Origin: Bacillota bacterium
GTDB lineage: Bacteria; Bacillota; DTU025; MWDF01
Length of the DNA: 64,000 bases
Assembly: GCA_029565935.1 (NCBI GenBank)
Contig: JAKQNF010000027.1
Coordinates: 6,905-70,904 of the forward strand
Reading direction: 5' to 3'
In this document: positions 12,621-20,385 of the stretch, piece after piece
Layout of the letters: each line of letters begins with the position of its first letter
How positions within the stretch are numbered: the first letter of the stretch is position 1
Position numbers and translations under genes: made by a program
The notes under the pieces: model-generated
What the model was told of the DNA's origin: nothing
Seen by the model: only the letters and a program-made list of their open reading frames with translations
The model's database searches: none

Positions 12621-12654
12621 TAAAGGCCGGGCATATACATCCGCCCGGCCTTAA
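12621..12654 (-). terminator. Hairpin GGCCGGGC...GCCCGGCC followed by TTTAATTTTAT between thrS and infC (thrS terminator/infC attenuator)
   Basis: Inverted repeat and T-tract read directly. Confidence 0.5.
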
Positions 12655-12782
12655 GCCTTACTGTTGTCAACCGGACCGCTTGGGCGGTACGGTGAGAAGC
12701 GGATGCTTCTTCTTGTTTCAGTTCTTAGTCATGTTACCAATTTGCGGCCCCCGTGTCAAGCAACGAGGCCAAAGTCCCTGGT

Positions 12783-14567
12783 CTATGCCTTTATCGTGAC
12801 CTCGTCCTTTAGCATGCTGCTGAATTCGTCCAGCGGCATGGGGCCGAGGTCCCCGCGCTTCCTGCAGCGGACCGAAACCGTGCCGGCTTCCTTCTCCTTC
12901 GCGCCCATAACCAGCATGTACGGCACTTTCTCCATCTGGGTCGCCCTGATCTTGTACCCGATCTTCTCACCGCTTCTATCCACTTCCACCCTGAAGCCAC
13001 GGGCCTTGAGGAGGGATGCCGCCTCCTCTGCGTAATCCATCTGCGCGTCGGATATCGGCAGTACTTTCACCTGTACGGGCGCAAGCCATGCCGGCAGGGC
13101 GCCAGCGTGCTTCTCGATCAGGATCGCGAGCGTCCTCTCGTAGCAGCCGACCGAAGTACGATGGATGACGTAAGGTCTCTTCTTGACTCCGTCGCTGTCG
13201 ACGTAGCTCATATCGAACCTGTCGGGCTGCACGAAGTCGATCTGCACGGTGATGAGCGTGTCCTCTTTCCCGAAGACGTTCTTCATCTGGATGTCCAGCT
13301 TCGGTCCGTAGAACGCCGCTTCTCCGATGGCTTCGTAATAATCTATGTCGAGGCTGTCCAGGATCTCCTTCATCCTTGCCTCGCTTTCCTCCCATGCCTG
13401 AGGGTTGTCTATGTACTTGCCCTTGTTGTTCGGATCCCATTTAGAGAACCTGTACGTCAGCTCATCATCGAGGCCTATGGCCCTCATTATGTAGTGGACG
13501 AGGTTGACCACCCCTCGGAACTCGTCAGCCAGCTGGTCCGGCCTCACTATCAGATGCCCTTCCGATATCGTGAACTGCCTTACCCTGATGAGCCCGTGCA
13601 TCTCGCCCGAGGATTCGTTCCTAAAAAGGGTGGATGTCTCGGAATACCTTATCGGCAGGTCCCTGTAGCTCCTCAGGGCGCTGTTGTAGATGATGAACTG
13701 GAAGGGGCATGTCATGGGCCTTAAGGCGTATACGTCCTCGCCCTTAGACTCGTCGCCCATCAAGAACATGCCGTCCTTATAATGCGCCCAGTGGCCCGAC
13801 ACCTTATAAAGGTCGCTCTTGGCCATATAGGGGGTCTTTGTACTCTGATAACCCCTCTTCTCCTCCTCGTCCTCTACGAAGCGTTGGAGGATCTGGATGA
13901 CCTTGGCACCTTTTGGCATTATGAGGGGAAGGCCTTGACCGACCAGCTCGCTGGTGGTGAAATAACCTAGCTCGCGGCCTATCTTGTTATGATCGCGCTT
14001 CTTCGCTTCCTCCACGGCTTCCAGATAGCTCGCCAGCTCCTCCTCTGAGAAGAACGCCGTCCCGTATATCCTAGAAAGCATGGGCTTCTTCTCGTCGCCG
14101 CGCCAGTACGCCCCCGCGACTTGAGTAAGCTTGAATGCCGGTATCATGCCGGTCGACATAAGGTGCGGCCCCCTGCAAAGGTCCGAAAAATCCCCCTGGC
14201 TATAGATGGACGCTGTGTCCCCCTCGAGCTCAGAAGCCAATTCCGCCTTGAAGACCTCTCCTGCTTTCTCCAACTTGATTACCGCTTCGTCCTTGCTCAT
14301 ATCGCTATGGACGATCGGGATGTCCTCTTTGATGATCTTTTTCATCTCGGCCTCTATGTGTTCCAGATCGTCAGGCGTAAACGGGGTCGGCTTCTGGAAA
14401 TCATAATAAAAACCGTTCGAGATCGCTGGGCCTATCCCCAGCTTTACGTCAGGGAAGAGCCTCCTAACGGCCTGGGCCATCACATGCGAAGTCGTATGGC
14501 GGAGGACCTCAAGCTCCTCCGGGCTGTGTGCAGCCCTGCCGGTCGACATCTTCTTGTCATCTGACAT
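12783..14567 (-). CDS. thrS: Threonine--tRNA ligase (594 aa, begins at N2/editing domain, no TGS domain)
   Basis: Class II aaRS motifs. HTTSHVMAQAVRRLFP editing-domain start. Preceded by a Thr-specific T-box leader. Confidence 0.9.
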   Translation of the reverse strand: MSDDKKMSTGRAAHSPEELEVLRHTTSHVMAQAVRRLFPDVKLGIGPAISNGFYYDFQKPTPFTPDDLEHIEAEMKKIIKEDIPIVHSDMSKDEAVIKLEKAGEVFKAELASELEGDTASIYSQGDFSDLCRGPHLMSTGMIPAFKLTQVAGAYWRGDEKKPMLSRIYGTAFFSEEELASYLEAVEEAKKRDHNKIGRELGYFTTSELVGQGLPLIMPKGAKVIQILQRFVEDEEEKRGYQSTKTPYMAKSDLYKVSGHWAHYKDGMFLMGDESKGEDVYALRPMTCPFQFIIYNSALRSYRDLPIRYSETSTLFRNESSGEMHGLIRVRQFTISEGHLIVRPDQLADEFRGVVNLVHYIMRAIGLDDELTYRFSKWDPNNKGKYIDNPQAWEESEARMKEILDSLDIDYYEAIGEAAFYGPKLDIQMKNVFGKEDTLITVQIDFVQPDRFDMSYVDSDGVKKRPYVIHRTSVGCYERTLAILIEKHAGALPAWLAPVQVKVLPISDAQMDYAEEAASLLKARGFRVEVDRSGEKIGYKIRATQMEKVPYMLVMGAKEKEAGTVSVRCRKRGDLGPMPLDEFSSMLKDEVTIKA

Positions 14568-14580
14568 CTTCTACACCTCC

Positions 14581-14800
14581 AAAAAGAAAATCCGTCCCTT
14601 GACGGGACGGACATAATCCGCGGTTCCACCCGAATTGACGACCTTGCGGTCGACCTCTCGTACGGCTTTAACGGTGCCTTCCGTGAGACCTTTCGGACGA
14701 TAGGGTCCATCGGTCCAAGCTCCGGGGTGGTCTTACTCCGTATTCGCCCGCAGGGCTCACAGCCTATGGCCCTCGCGTCTCTTAGGCGACTTGCGGTATA
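14581..14800 (-). promoter_or_regulatory. T-box riboswitch leader of thrS
   Basis: On minus strand: T-box sequence AATTCGGGTGGAACCGCGG (plus 14619-14636) with UGGA bulge. Terminator GTCCGTCCC-TTGA-GGGACGGA plus TTTTCTTTTT (14581-14611). Stem I AGAGA box. Candidate specifier ACC-A. Confidence 0.8.
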
Positions 14801-14829
14801 TTTCCCCTTCATCGCATATCTTTTTATAA

Positions 14830-14858
14830 ATGCTATATCCTCGCACGACATTAGTCAA
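14830..14858 (-). promoter_or_regulatory. Promoter for thrS leader: -35 TTGACT, 17-nt spacer, -10 TAGCAT
   Basis: Read on minus strand upstream of T-box stem I. Confidence 0.4.
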
Positions 14859-14870
14859 GGCCGCAGCGGG

Positions 14871-14897
14871 AAAAAGAAAAGCAGGCCTTGTGGCCTG
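14871..14897 (-). terminator. Terminator of upstream tRNA operon (CAGGCC-ACAA-GGCCTG then TTTTCTTTTT)
   Basis: Read directly after tRNA-Val(GAC). Confidence 0.55.
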
Positions 14898-14903
14898 CTA
14901 ATT

Positions 14904-14979
14904 ATGGTGGGACGCAGTGGGGTCGAACCACTGACCTCAACGATGTCAACGTTGCGCTCTAACCAACTGAGCTAGCGCC
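14904..14979 (-). tRNA. tRNA-Val(GAC)
   Basis: GGGCGCTAGCTCAGTTGGTTAGAGCGCAACGTTGACATCGTTG... Discriminator A. Confidence 0.85.
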
Positions 14980-14983
14980 CCAT

Positions 14984-15058
14984 GTGGAGGCGACACCCGG
15001 ATTTGAACCGGGGAATCGCGGTTTTGCAGACCGCTGCCTTACCACTTGGCTATGTCGC
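14984..15058 (-). tRNA. tRNA-Cys(GCA)
   Basis: GGCGACATAGCCAAGTGGTAAGGCAGCGGTCTGCAAAACCGC... Confidence 0.85.
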
Positions 15059-15094
15059 CCTGGCCCCGATTCAACGGGTACTTCCTTAAAGCCT

Positions 15095-15169
15095 ATGGAG
15101 CGGAAAACGGGATTCGAACCCGCGACCCCCGCCTTGGCAAGGCGATGCTCTACCGCTGAGCTATTTCCG
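15095..15169 (-). tRNA. tRNA-Gly(GCC), copy 1 (identical to 60381-60455)
   Basis: GCGGAAATAGCTCAGCGGTAGAGCATCGCCTTGCCAAGGCGG... Confidence 0.85.
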
Positions 15170-15183
15170 CAAGTTTCCAAGGA

Positions 15184-15259
15184 ATGGTGCCGAGGGGCGG
15201 AATTGAACCGTCGACACGGGGATTTTCAGTCCCCTGCTCTACCATCTGAGCTACCTCGG
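15184..15259 (-). tRNA. tRNA-Phe(GAA)
   Basis: GCCGAGGTAGCTCAGATGGTAGAGCAGGGGACTGAAAATCCCC... Confidence 0.85.
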
Positions 15260-15264
15260 CATTA

Positions 15265-15341
15265 TTGGCGGAAGCGACGGGAGTCGAACCCGCGATCTCC
15301 TGCGTGACAGGCAGGCATGTTAGACCACTACACCACGCCTC
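15265..15341 (-). tRNA. tRNA-Asp(GTC)
   Basis: GGAGGCGTGGTGTAGTGGTCTAACATGCCTGCCTGTCACGCAGG... Confidence 0.8.
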
Positions 15342-15361
15342 CGCGATTATCGCAAGCTTCC

Positions 15362-15438
15362 TGGTGGGCGAAACAGGACTCGAACCTGTGACCCCCTGCG
15401 TGTAAAGCAGATGCTCTGCCAGCTGAGCTATTCGCCCC
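15362..15438 (-). tRNA. tRNA-Val(TAC)
   Basis: GGGGCGAATAGCTCAGCTGGCAGAGCATCTGCTTTACACGCAGG... Confidence 0.85.
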
Positions 15439-15461
15439 GGTTCTGCAAGCGATGCTTTTAT

Positions 15462-15490
15462 ATTATAACCTGCGTACTTGGAGGATGCAA
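15462..15490 (-). promoter_or_regulatory. Consensus-like promoter for six-tRNA operon: -35 TTGCAT, 17-nt spacer, -10 TATAAT
   Basis: Read on minus strand about 25 nt upstream of tRNA-Val(TAC). Confidence 0.55.
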
Positions 15491-15526
15491 TATCATTTCT
15501 CCCCTGAAAAGTCATGCCCTCCGAGC

Positions 15527-16456
15527 TTAACTGCCTGCTACAGACTCTTTACGCAATTGCTTCGCGATGAACTTGCGCCCGTAGTTGAACAAGAACTGGT
15601 TGGCGAATCCCGCCAAATTGCCGAATGCCGCTTCCGCCCACCGCCTGATCTGCTTGTGGCTTACCTTGCCGTCGTCGAAGTAAAGATGCCTTACTATCCT
15701 CTCTATCCAAACATCGACGGGGAATGCCTCGTACTTGCCCATGGAGAAGAGAAGTATGCAATCAGCCACTTTCTCACCTATGCCGTGCAGCATCAGAAGC
15801 TCCTGTTTCGCCTCGGGGTAGTCCATGCTGGCTATGCTTTCCAAGTCCACGTAGCCTTCTAGTACGCCTCTGGCGGCCTCGCAGATACCCTTCGTCCTGA
15901 ACCCGGCCTTGCAGGCCCATACCCCTTCGTGCCCGGCGTCCACGAGCTGGTCCGGCGACGGGAACTTGCTGAAGCTCCCGAAAGGGCCTTCCGCCCGGTC
16001 TCCGTACATCTCCGCGAGATTTTCCATGACCCTGGATATGTTGGGTACGCCGTTGTTCGCCGATATTATGAAGGCGATCAGCGTCTCCCATGGTTCTTGC
16101 CTTAGCGTCCTCAGCCCCGACGATGCCGCGACTGCGCGGCGCATCACGTCATCTGTCGACTCCAGCTCCCTTTCGATGGCGCCTTGGTCTAGGTCTAGGG
16201 CCAGGTACTTCGCGATGAAAATGGCATCATGCTCGCTTTCGGCACCTTCCAGGAAAACGCTGTCCCCTTCCTGGCTCAGCCTGAGCTGTTTTCCCAAGAC
16301 AACACCCTGATAGCAGCCATCCATCTTCTTCCATCTGAAGGCCTGCCCGCCGCACAATGTTGATTCAAGATCGCAAGGACCTTCCGGCCGCAGAATATAT
16401 CCTTCCTTGGCGTCCGTGTTGAAACGCTCGACGCGCGGTCCTTCCTGATCACTCAT
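15527..16456 (-). CDS. ogg: 8-oxoguanine DNA glycosylase/AP lyase, Ogg1-like (HhH-GPD)
   Basis: 309 aa. HhH-GPD segment LHGIGEKVADCILLFSMGKYEAFPVDVWIERI with Ogg1-like Lys/Asp spacing. Confidence 0.6.
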   Translation of the reverse strand: MSDQEGPRVERFNTDAKEGYILRPEGPCDLESTLCGGQAFRWKKMDGCYQGVVLGKQLRLSQEGDSVFLEGAESEHDAIFIAKYLALDLDQGAIERELESTDDVMRRAVAASSGLRTLRQEPWETLIAFIISANNGVPNISRVMENLAEMYGDRAEGPFGSFSKFPSPDQLVDAGHEGVWACKAGFRTKGICEAARGVLEGYVDLESIASMDYPEAKQELLMLHGIGEKVADCILLFSMGKYEAFPVDVWIERIVRHLYFDDGKVSHKQIRRWAEAAFGNLAGFANQFLFNYGRKFIAKQLRKESVAGS

Positions 16457-19214
16457 GCCCCAGCATCCCCACCAGCAGTCTGATTATCCTTCCCAGCTCT
16501 TGCTGCGCTTCGCCGTACCCTGCCCAATCCGACGATTTAAGGCATTCCTCGGCCTTTATGAAGAGCCTCTCGGCTTCGGCGGCAAGTGATCTGGGGTCCT
16601 CGGAGACCGCGGCCTTGATGCCCAGGTCGGCCTCGCTCTCGCCTATCAGCATGGCCAAAGACTCCGCAAGGGAGCTGCCCATGGCTATCCTCGTGCCGTC
16701 GGATACCAAGACCAGTTTCAACTGCGGCAGCTGGCTCCTTTCGGCGGCCAGGAATATGGGCTCGACGTAAAGTACCGAATGGTCGATAGGATAGACAAGC
16801 AGGTTCCCCCTTATCACGCTTGAGCCTTTCTGGTTCCAGAGCGCGAACAGCTTGGAGACTTCGGAATCCTGGTCAATCTGGGACTCTATCTGCATGGGGC
16901 CGTAGAATATCCTTTGCTTGGAGAACTTGTAGACGATCGCCCTGCCGTACTCGTCCTTGTCGCACAGGCCAGCGAGCCAAGAAACCATGTTGTTCTTCTT
17001 CGAAGGAGTGAAGGGGATCATCGCGAGGAACTTCTGGCCCTCGTCCGCAAGTCCCGGCAACGCCATGTTCACATAGTACGGGCTGACCTCTGCCGTGCCG
17101 GAGCCGTAAACTTCCATCGGTACGCTCCATAGGTCCTCCTTGTTATAGAACACCGACGGGTCCTCCATGTGGTACATAGCGTACATCCTAGCCTGGGCCA
17201 GGAACATGTCCTCCGGGTATCTGTAATGCGTCCTTATGTCATCCGGCATGTTCGCTCCATCCTCGAACAGCCCAGGGAATATTCTGGAATAGGCCTGTGC
17301 AAGGGGATCCTCTTCGTCGATGATGTAGAACGACACCGAGCCGTCGTATGCGTCTATCACTGCCTTGACGCTGTTGCGCATGTAGTTGGGCCCCCTGCCC
17401 CACGTACTGTAGCCCTCAAGAGGCTGCGAGTAGGGATATGCATCGGTATAGGTGTAGGCGTCGGCAACCCATTTCAGCCTACCCCCGGATATCACGATGT
17501 AGGGATCCTGGTCGTACCAGAGGAACGGGGCCAGGCTCCTGAGTCTTTCGCTTATCTGCCTTTTGTACAGCATGCGGCTATCTTCGGTAAGGTCCGCGGA
17601 CAGTAGCATCTTCACGGTCCCGAACCTGTACGAGAACGCGAGCTTCCTGAAGAAGGTGTCAATAGCCACACCACCCTCAGCCTGCCATCTGGTCTCAGCG
17701 TTCTGCTCGCCCAAGGGGTAGTCGAACTCCTCGGTGTTCGTGTCGACTATCGCATAATCGTTTGTCATCTCACCGAAGTAGATCTCAGGTCGCGTTATAC
17801 CGAAAGCAGGGTTGCCCGCCGGGGGTATGTCCTTTAGGAAATATGTGGGAAGTCCCTCCGATGTGGCCTCGTTGACGGGGCTTATCACAAGGCCGTAGCC
17901 GTGCGTGTACTTCAAGTGCCTGTTGATCCACGTCTGCGCCTGCTGCGGCAGGCTGTCAACGTCCATCTCCCTTGCCGTGAGCATGACCTGTCTCATCCCG
18001 CCGTCCACCATGTACCTGTCTATGTCCACGTCATAGAAGCTGTAATACAGCCTCATCTCCTGCAGCTGGGACAACGTGGCGAGAAGGGGCTCCCAGTCCC
18101 ACAGCCTGATGTTGTCAACCGTACGCGCGTTTTTAGCAAGGTCCGCCGACGTTATGTCCCCGTCGGACACGAAATCCCTTTCCTCTATCTTGTCCAGGTT
18201 ATAGGCGGCCCTGGTGGCCTTTATGTTGTACTCGATGAATCTCTTCTCGGCGGCAAGTTCGTTGGGCTCCACGTACCATTGCTGCACCAGGCCGGGCACC
18301 ACCGTGCCCGCGAGGAATGAGCCGAATACCATTATCGCGCCCGCAGCAATTACCGGCTTCAGCCCTTTGCCCCTTATGAGGGCGTACGCTATTAGCCCGG
18401 CGGCGACCAGGCACAGTCCCATCATCACCTTGAGACCGGGCAGCGTGCCGTACAAGTCTGCGTAGCTAGCACCGAACGCGACTCCCCTGGGAGAGTACAC
18501 AAGATTGTACATGTCCAGCAGGTAGCCTATCGCCCTGACGGCGAACGCCATGAGGACGAGCAATATTAGATGATTCCTTTTGCTCGTGCCGATCTTCACG
18601 TACTTCATCCTGTAGGATCTGCGCCTTTTCGTGCCGAACGGACCGGGCATGTCCACATCATAAGGTTCGGCCTTCAGCGCTCCTATTAGATAAGCTATGC
18701 TTGTGGTTGCTATCGCGGTCACGGCTATTTGCATGGCCCCTCCATAGAGGAACGAGAACAGGGGCATCTTGAACACGTAGAAGGATGCGTCCAACCCGAA
18801 AATTGGATCATTGCTCCCAAAGCTGACCGCATTCAGGAACTGCTGCACTTTCATCCAGTTAGCGCCCATGGAGAAACCAGCCGAGAGTCCAGCTATAATG
18901 GCTACGATGAAAGCTACGCTGGATATGCTCCTTGCGGCGGCATCTCTACCTCCCGACTCCTTGTGCACGTTCCTCCGTATCACGGCGGCATTTGCGGCCA
19001 TGAGTGCCAACACCAGCGCGAAGGCTGCAAGGCCCGTTAGCACCGACGTACCCATCCTCTTGATGAAAACCGCCTTCTGGCCCAAGTCCTCGAACCACCA
19101 CAGCTCCGTGAGCAGCGTACTGAGCACGGGCATTATTACGGTGAGGAAGATCGCCACCACCACGGCTACCCCAATTAGGACAGCCGTCCACGTCTTAAGA
19201 TGCCTATTCCTCAT
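16449..19214 (-). CDS. UPF0182-family large polytopic membrane protein (921 aa)
   Basis: Multiple N-terminal TM helices plus large extracytoplasmic domain. Resembles the UPF0182/COG1615 family by recall. Overlaps ogg start by 8 nt. Confidence 0.55.
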   Translation of the reverse strand: MRNRHLKTWTAVLIGVAVVVAIFLTVIMPVLSTLLTELWWFEDLGQKAVFIKRMGTSVLTGLAAFALVLALMAANAAVIRRNVHKESGGRDAAARSISSVAFIVAIIAGLSAGFSMGANWMKVQQFLNAVSFGSNDPIFGLDASFYVFKMPLFSFLYGGAMQIAVTAIATTSIAYLIGALKAEPYDVDMPGPFGTKRRRSYRMKYVKIGTSKRNHLILLVLMAFAVRAIGYLLDMYNLVYSPRGVAFGASYADLYGTLPGLKVMMGLCLVAAGLIAYALIRGKGLKPVIAAGAIMVFGSFLAGTVVPGLVQQWYVEPNELAAEKRFIEYNIKATRAAYNLDKIEERDFVSDGDITSADLAKNARTVDNIRLWDWEPLLATLSQLQEMRLYYSFYDVDIDRYMVDGGMRQVMLTAREMDVDSLPQQAQTWINRHLKYTHGYGLVISPVNEATSEGLPTYFLKDIPPAGNPAFGITRPEIYFGEMTNDYAIVDTNTEEFDYPLGEQNAETRWQAEGGVAIDTFFRKLAFSYRFGTVKMLLSADLTEDSRMLYKRQISERLRSLAPFLWYDQDPYIVISGGRLKWVADAYTYTDAYPYSQPLEGYSTWGRGPNYMRNSVKAVIDAYDGSVSFYIIDEEDPLAQAYSRIFPGLFEDGANMPDDIRTHYRYPEDMFLAQARMYAMYHMEDPSVFYNKEDLWSVPMEVYGSGTAEVSPYYVNMALPGLADEGQKFLAMIPFTPSKKNNMVSWLAGLCDKDEYGRAIVYKFSKQRIFYGPMQIESQIDQDSEVSKLFALWNQKGSSVIRGNLLVYPIDHSVLYVEPIFLAAERSQLPQLKLVLVSDGTRIAMGSSLAESLAMLIGESEADLGIKAAVSEDPRSLAAEAERLFIKAEECLKSSDWAGYGEAQQELGRIIRLLVGMLGHE

Positions 19215-19270
19215 ATGGCCACCTCCGACTAGTTACCTAGTATATTCTATAGCCGACATGACGCTTCAAG

Positions 19271-19307
19271 TAAAGAAAGCCGGACGAAAGCAGCGCTTCC
19301 GTCCGGC
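19271..19307 (-). terminator. Terminator of rplU-prp-rpmA operon (GCCGGACG...CGTCCGGC then TTTCTTTA)
   Basis: Inverted repeat read directly downstream of rpmA. Confidence 0.55.
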
Positions 19308-19326
19308 TGATGACACCAACTGAGAA

Positions 19327-19608
19327 TCAGGCCTCGGCGACTATGGTGACCCTCTTCTTGTCCCTTCCGAACCTCTCGAACTTCACTTTGCCGTCCATAA
19401 GGGCGAACAAGGTGTAATCCGTGCCCAGTCCGACACCGGTGCCTGGATGGACCTTAGTACCGTTCTGCCTGACGATTATGTTGCCGGCCCTGACGTTCTC
19501 GCCGCCGAACTTCTTTATCCCGAGCCGCTGGGCTGCCGAATCTCTTCCGTTCCTCGAGCTGCCGACTCCTTTTTTATGGGCGAACAGCTGCAAATTCATC
19601 CTAATCAT
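19327..19608 (-). CDS. rpmA: 50S ribosomal protein L27 with 9-aa N-terminal propeptide (MIRMNLQLF|AHKKG)
   Basis: [16 protein letters not shown]27 core. ATG at 19608 with GAGGTG SD. Extension matches the Firmicutes-type Prp-cleaved leader in length and composition. Confidence 0.85.
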   Translation of the reverse strand: MIRMNLQLFAHKKGVGSSRNGRDSAAQRLGIKKFGGENVRAGNIIVRQNGTKVHPGTGVGLGTDYTLFALMDGKVKFERFGRDKKRVTIVAEA

Positions 19609-19631
19609 GAAAGGCACCTCCATGCCGAAAT

Positions 19632-19952
19632 TCATTCGAATATATTGATCCTGTCGGGGTACTGCTCGGCTATCGCCCTGAGGGCCACCACCATCGCGCC
19701 GATAATCGCTTCGGCCTGTATGGAGGACCTCTCGTCCAGCACCCGCTTCAACTCTACCTCTAGGAAACCGTCCTCGCTCGTCGCCTTCTCTACGGCTCCG
19801 GCCACTTCGCACAACCCGTTCTCCGCTCCTATGACCAGTGCGGATACTGCAGCGCATACGATATCGTCGCCGAAATCCGCCCATCCGGCATGCCCTTCGA
19901 CCCGGTACGAGACCGTCCTCCCGTGGTCTTTAAGCACCCAGACCTTTATCAT
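19632..19952 (-). CDS. prp: Ribosomal-processing cysteine protease Prp (YsxB/DUF464)
   Basis: 106 aa between rplU and rpmA. HAG...[11 protein letters not shown] catalytic His/Cys context. Confidence 0.8.
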   Translation of the reverse strand: MIKVWVLKDHGRTVSYRVEGHAGWADFGDDIVCAAVSALVIGAENGLCEVAGAVEKATSEDGFLEVELKRVLDERSSIQAEAIIGAMVVALRAIAEQYPDRINIFE

Positions 19953-20264
19953 CTATGCCTCCAGGGAGTCGATCCTTACCTCGGTGAACGGCTGCCTGTG
20001 GCCCGTCTTGGTCCTGATCCTCTTCTTAGGCTTGTACTTGAACACGATTACCTTCTTCGCCTTGTCCTGGACAACTACGGTCGCCTTGACCGAAGCTCCA
20101 TCCACAAGGGGAGTGCCGATCCTGACGCCGCTTTCGTCCACGAGCATCAACACCCTGTCGAATACGACCAGGTCGCCCTTCTGGACTTCAAGCTTCTCCA
20201 CCCTGACCGTCTGGCCGGGCTCTACGCGGTACTGTTTACCGCCGGTTTCGATTACTGCGTACAT
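19953..20264 (-). CDS. rplU: 50S ribosomal protein L21
   Basis: MYAVIETGGKQYRVEPGQTVRVEKL... canonical L21. Confidence 0.95.
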   Translation of the reverse strand: MYAVIETGGKQYRVEPGQTVRVEKLEVQKGDLVVFDRVLMLVDESGVRIGTPLVDGASVKATVVVQDKAKKVIVFKYKPKKRIRTKTGHRQPFTEVRIDSLEA

Positions 20265-20385
20265 GCGAATTGCTCCTCATCACAGGCTCGCCGGTTACAT
20301 GGCAGGCACCATCTGCGCGGCACCGTTTCAGCCAAGCCCGAGCGGCAGTATGGCAGACATGCTGCCACAGGTTAAAAGTATATCG
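20265..20385 (-). promoter_or_regulatory. Structured 121-nt 5-prime leader of rplU (candidate L21 leader)
   Basis: Multiple nested inverted repeats (e.g. GGCAGCATGTCTGCCATACTGCC). Firmicutes commonly carry an L21 leader RNA here. Confidence 0.3.
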
